Shown: positions 63,981 to 64,000 of the stretch, in pieces | Layout: every line of letters starts with the position of its first letter | Numbering within the stretch: the stretch's first letter is position 1 | Assembly (NCBI RefSeq): GCF_036321535.1 | Contig: NC_087437.1 | Location: forward strand, 68,884,001-68,948,000 | Length of the DNA: 64,000 bases | Direction of reading: 5' to 3' | From: Camelus dromedarius | Taxonomy: Eukaryota | Program-made: the position numbers and the translations under genes | The notes under the pieces: generated by a model | What the model saw: the letters and a program-made list of their open reading frames with translations, nothing else | Database searches by the model: none | Told to the model about the DNA's origin: nothing

Positions 63981-64000
63981 CCCCCAAATTTATGTCAGCT

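Overview
Mammalian non-coding genomic DNA. It is most likely camelid, inferred from three tRNA-derived SINEs that resemble the camelid vic-1 family. I find no host protein-coding exon, RNA gene or prokaryote-type system. The only real protein-coding remnant is a 5'-truncated, frameshifted LINE-1 ORF2 (RT with YADD plus C-terminal CCHC) on the minus strand at 9543-12275, with a perfect 16-bp target-site duplication. The rest is a layered TE fossil record: SINEs, L1 3' ends, MIR, L2, L3/CR1, MLT1/MLT2 LTRs and MER5A/MER58/MER82/MER103/MER112/Tigger1-type DNA transposons. Between the TEs are several repeat-free blocks rich in homeodomain, GATA and SOX motifs that look like developmental enhancers. 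L1 and LTR copies are mostly on the minus strand, suggesting an intron of a large plus-strand gene that I cannot identify. The most notable items are a twin-primed inverted L1 mini-insertion, a Tigger MITE nested in an MLT1A LTR, a HOX-PBX plus MEIS composite site, a repeated TAATTTACTGCTGT motif and two hairpins in putative enhancers. I cannot support a claim of a novel biological system. Repeat family names come from recalled consensus sequences, and boundaries of old repeats are approximate.
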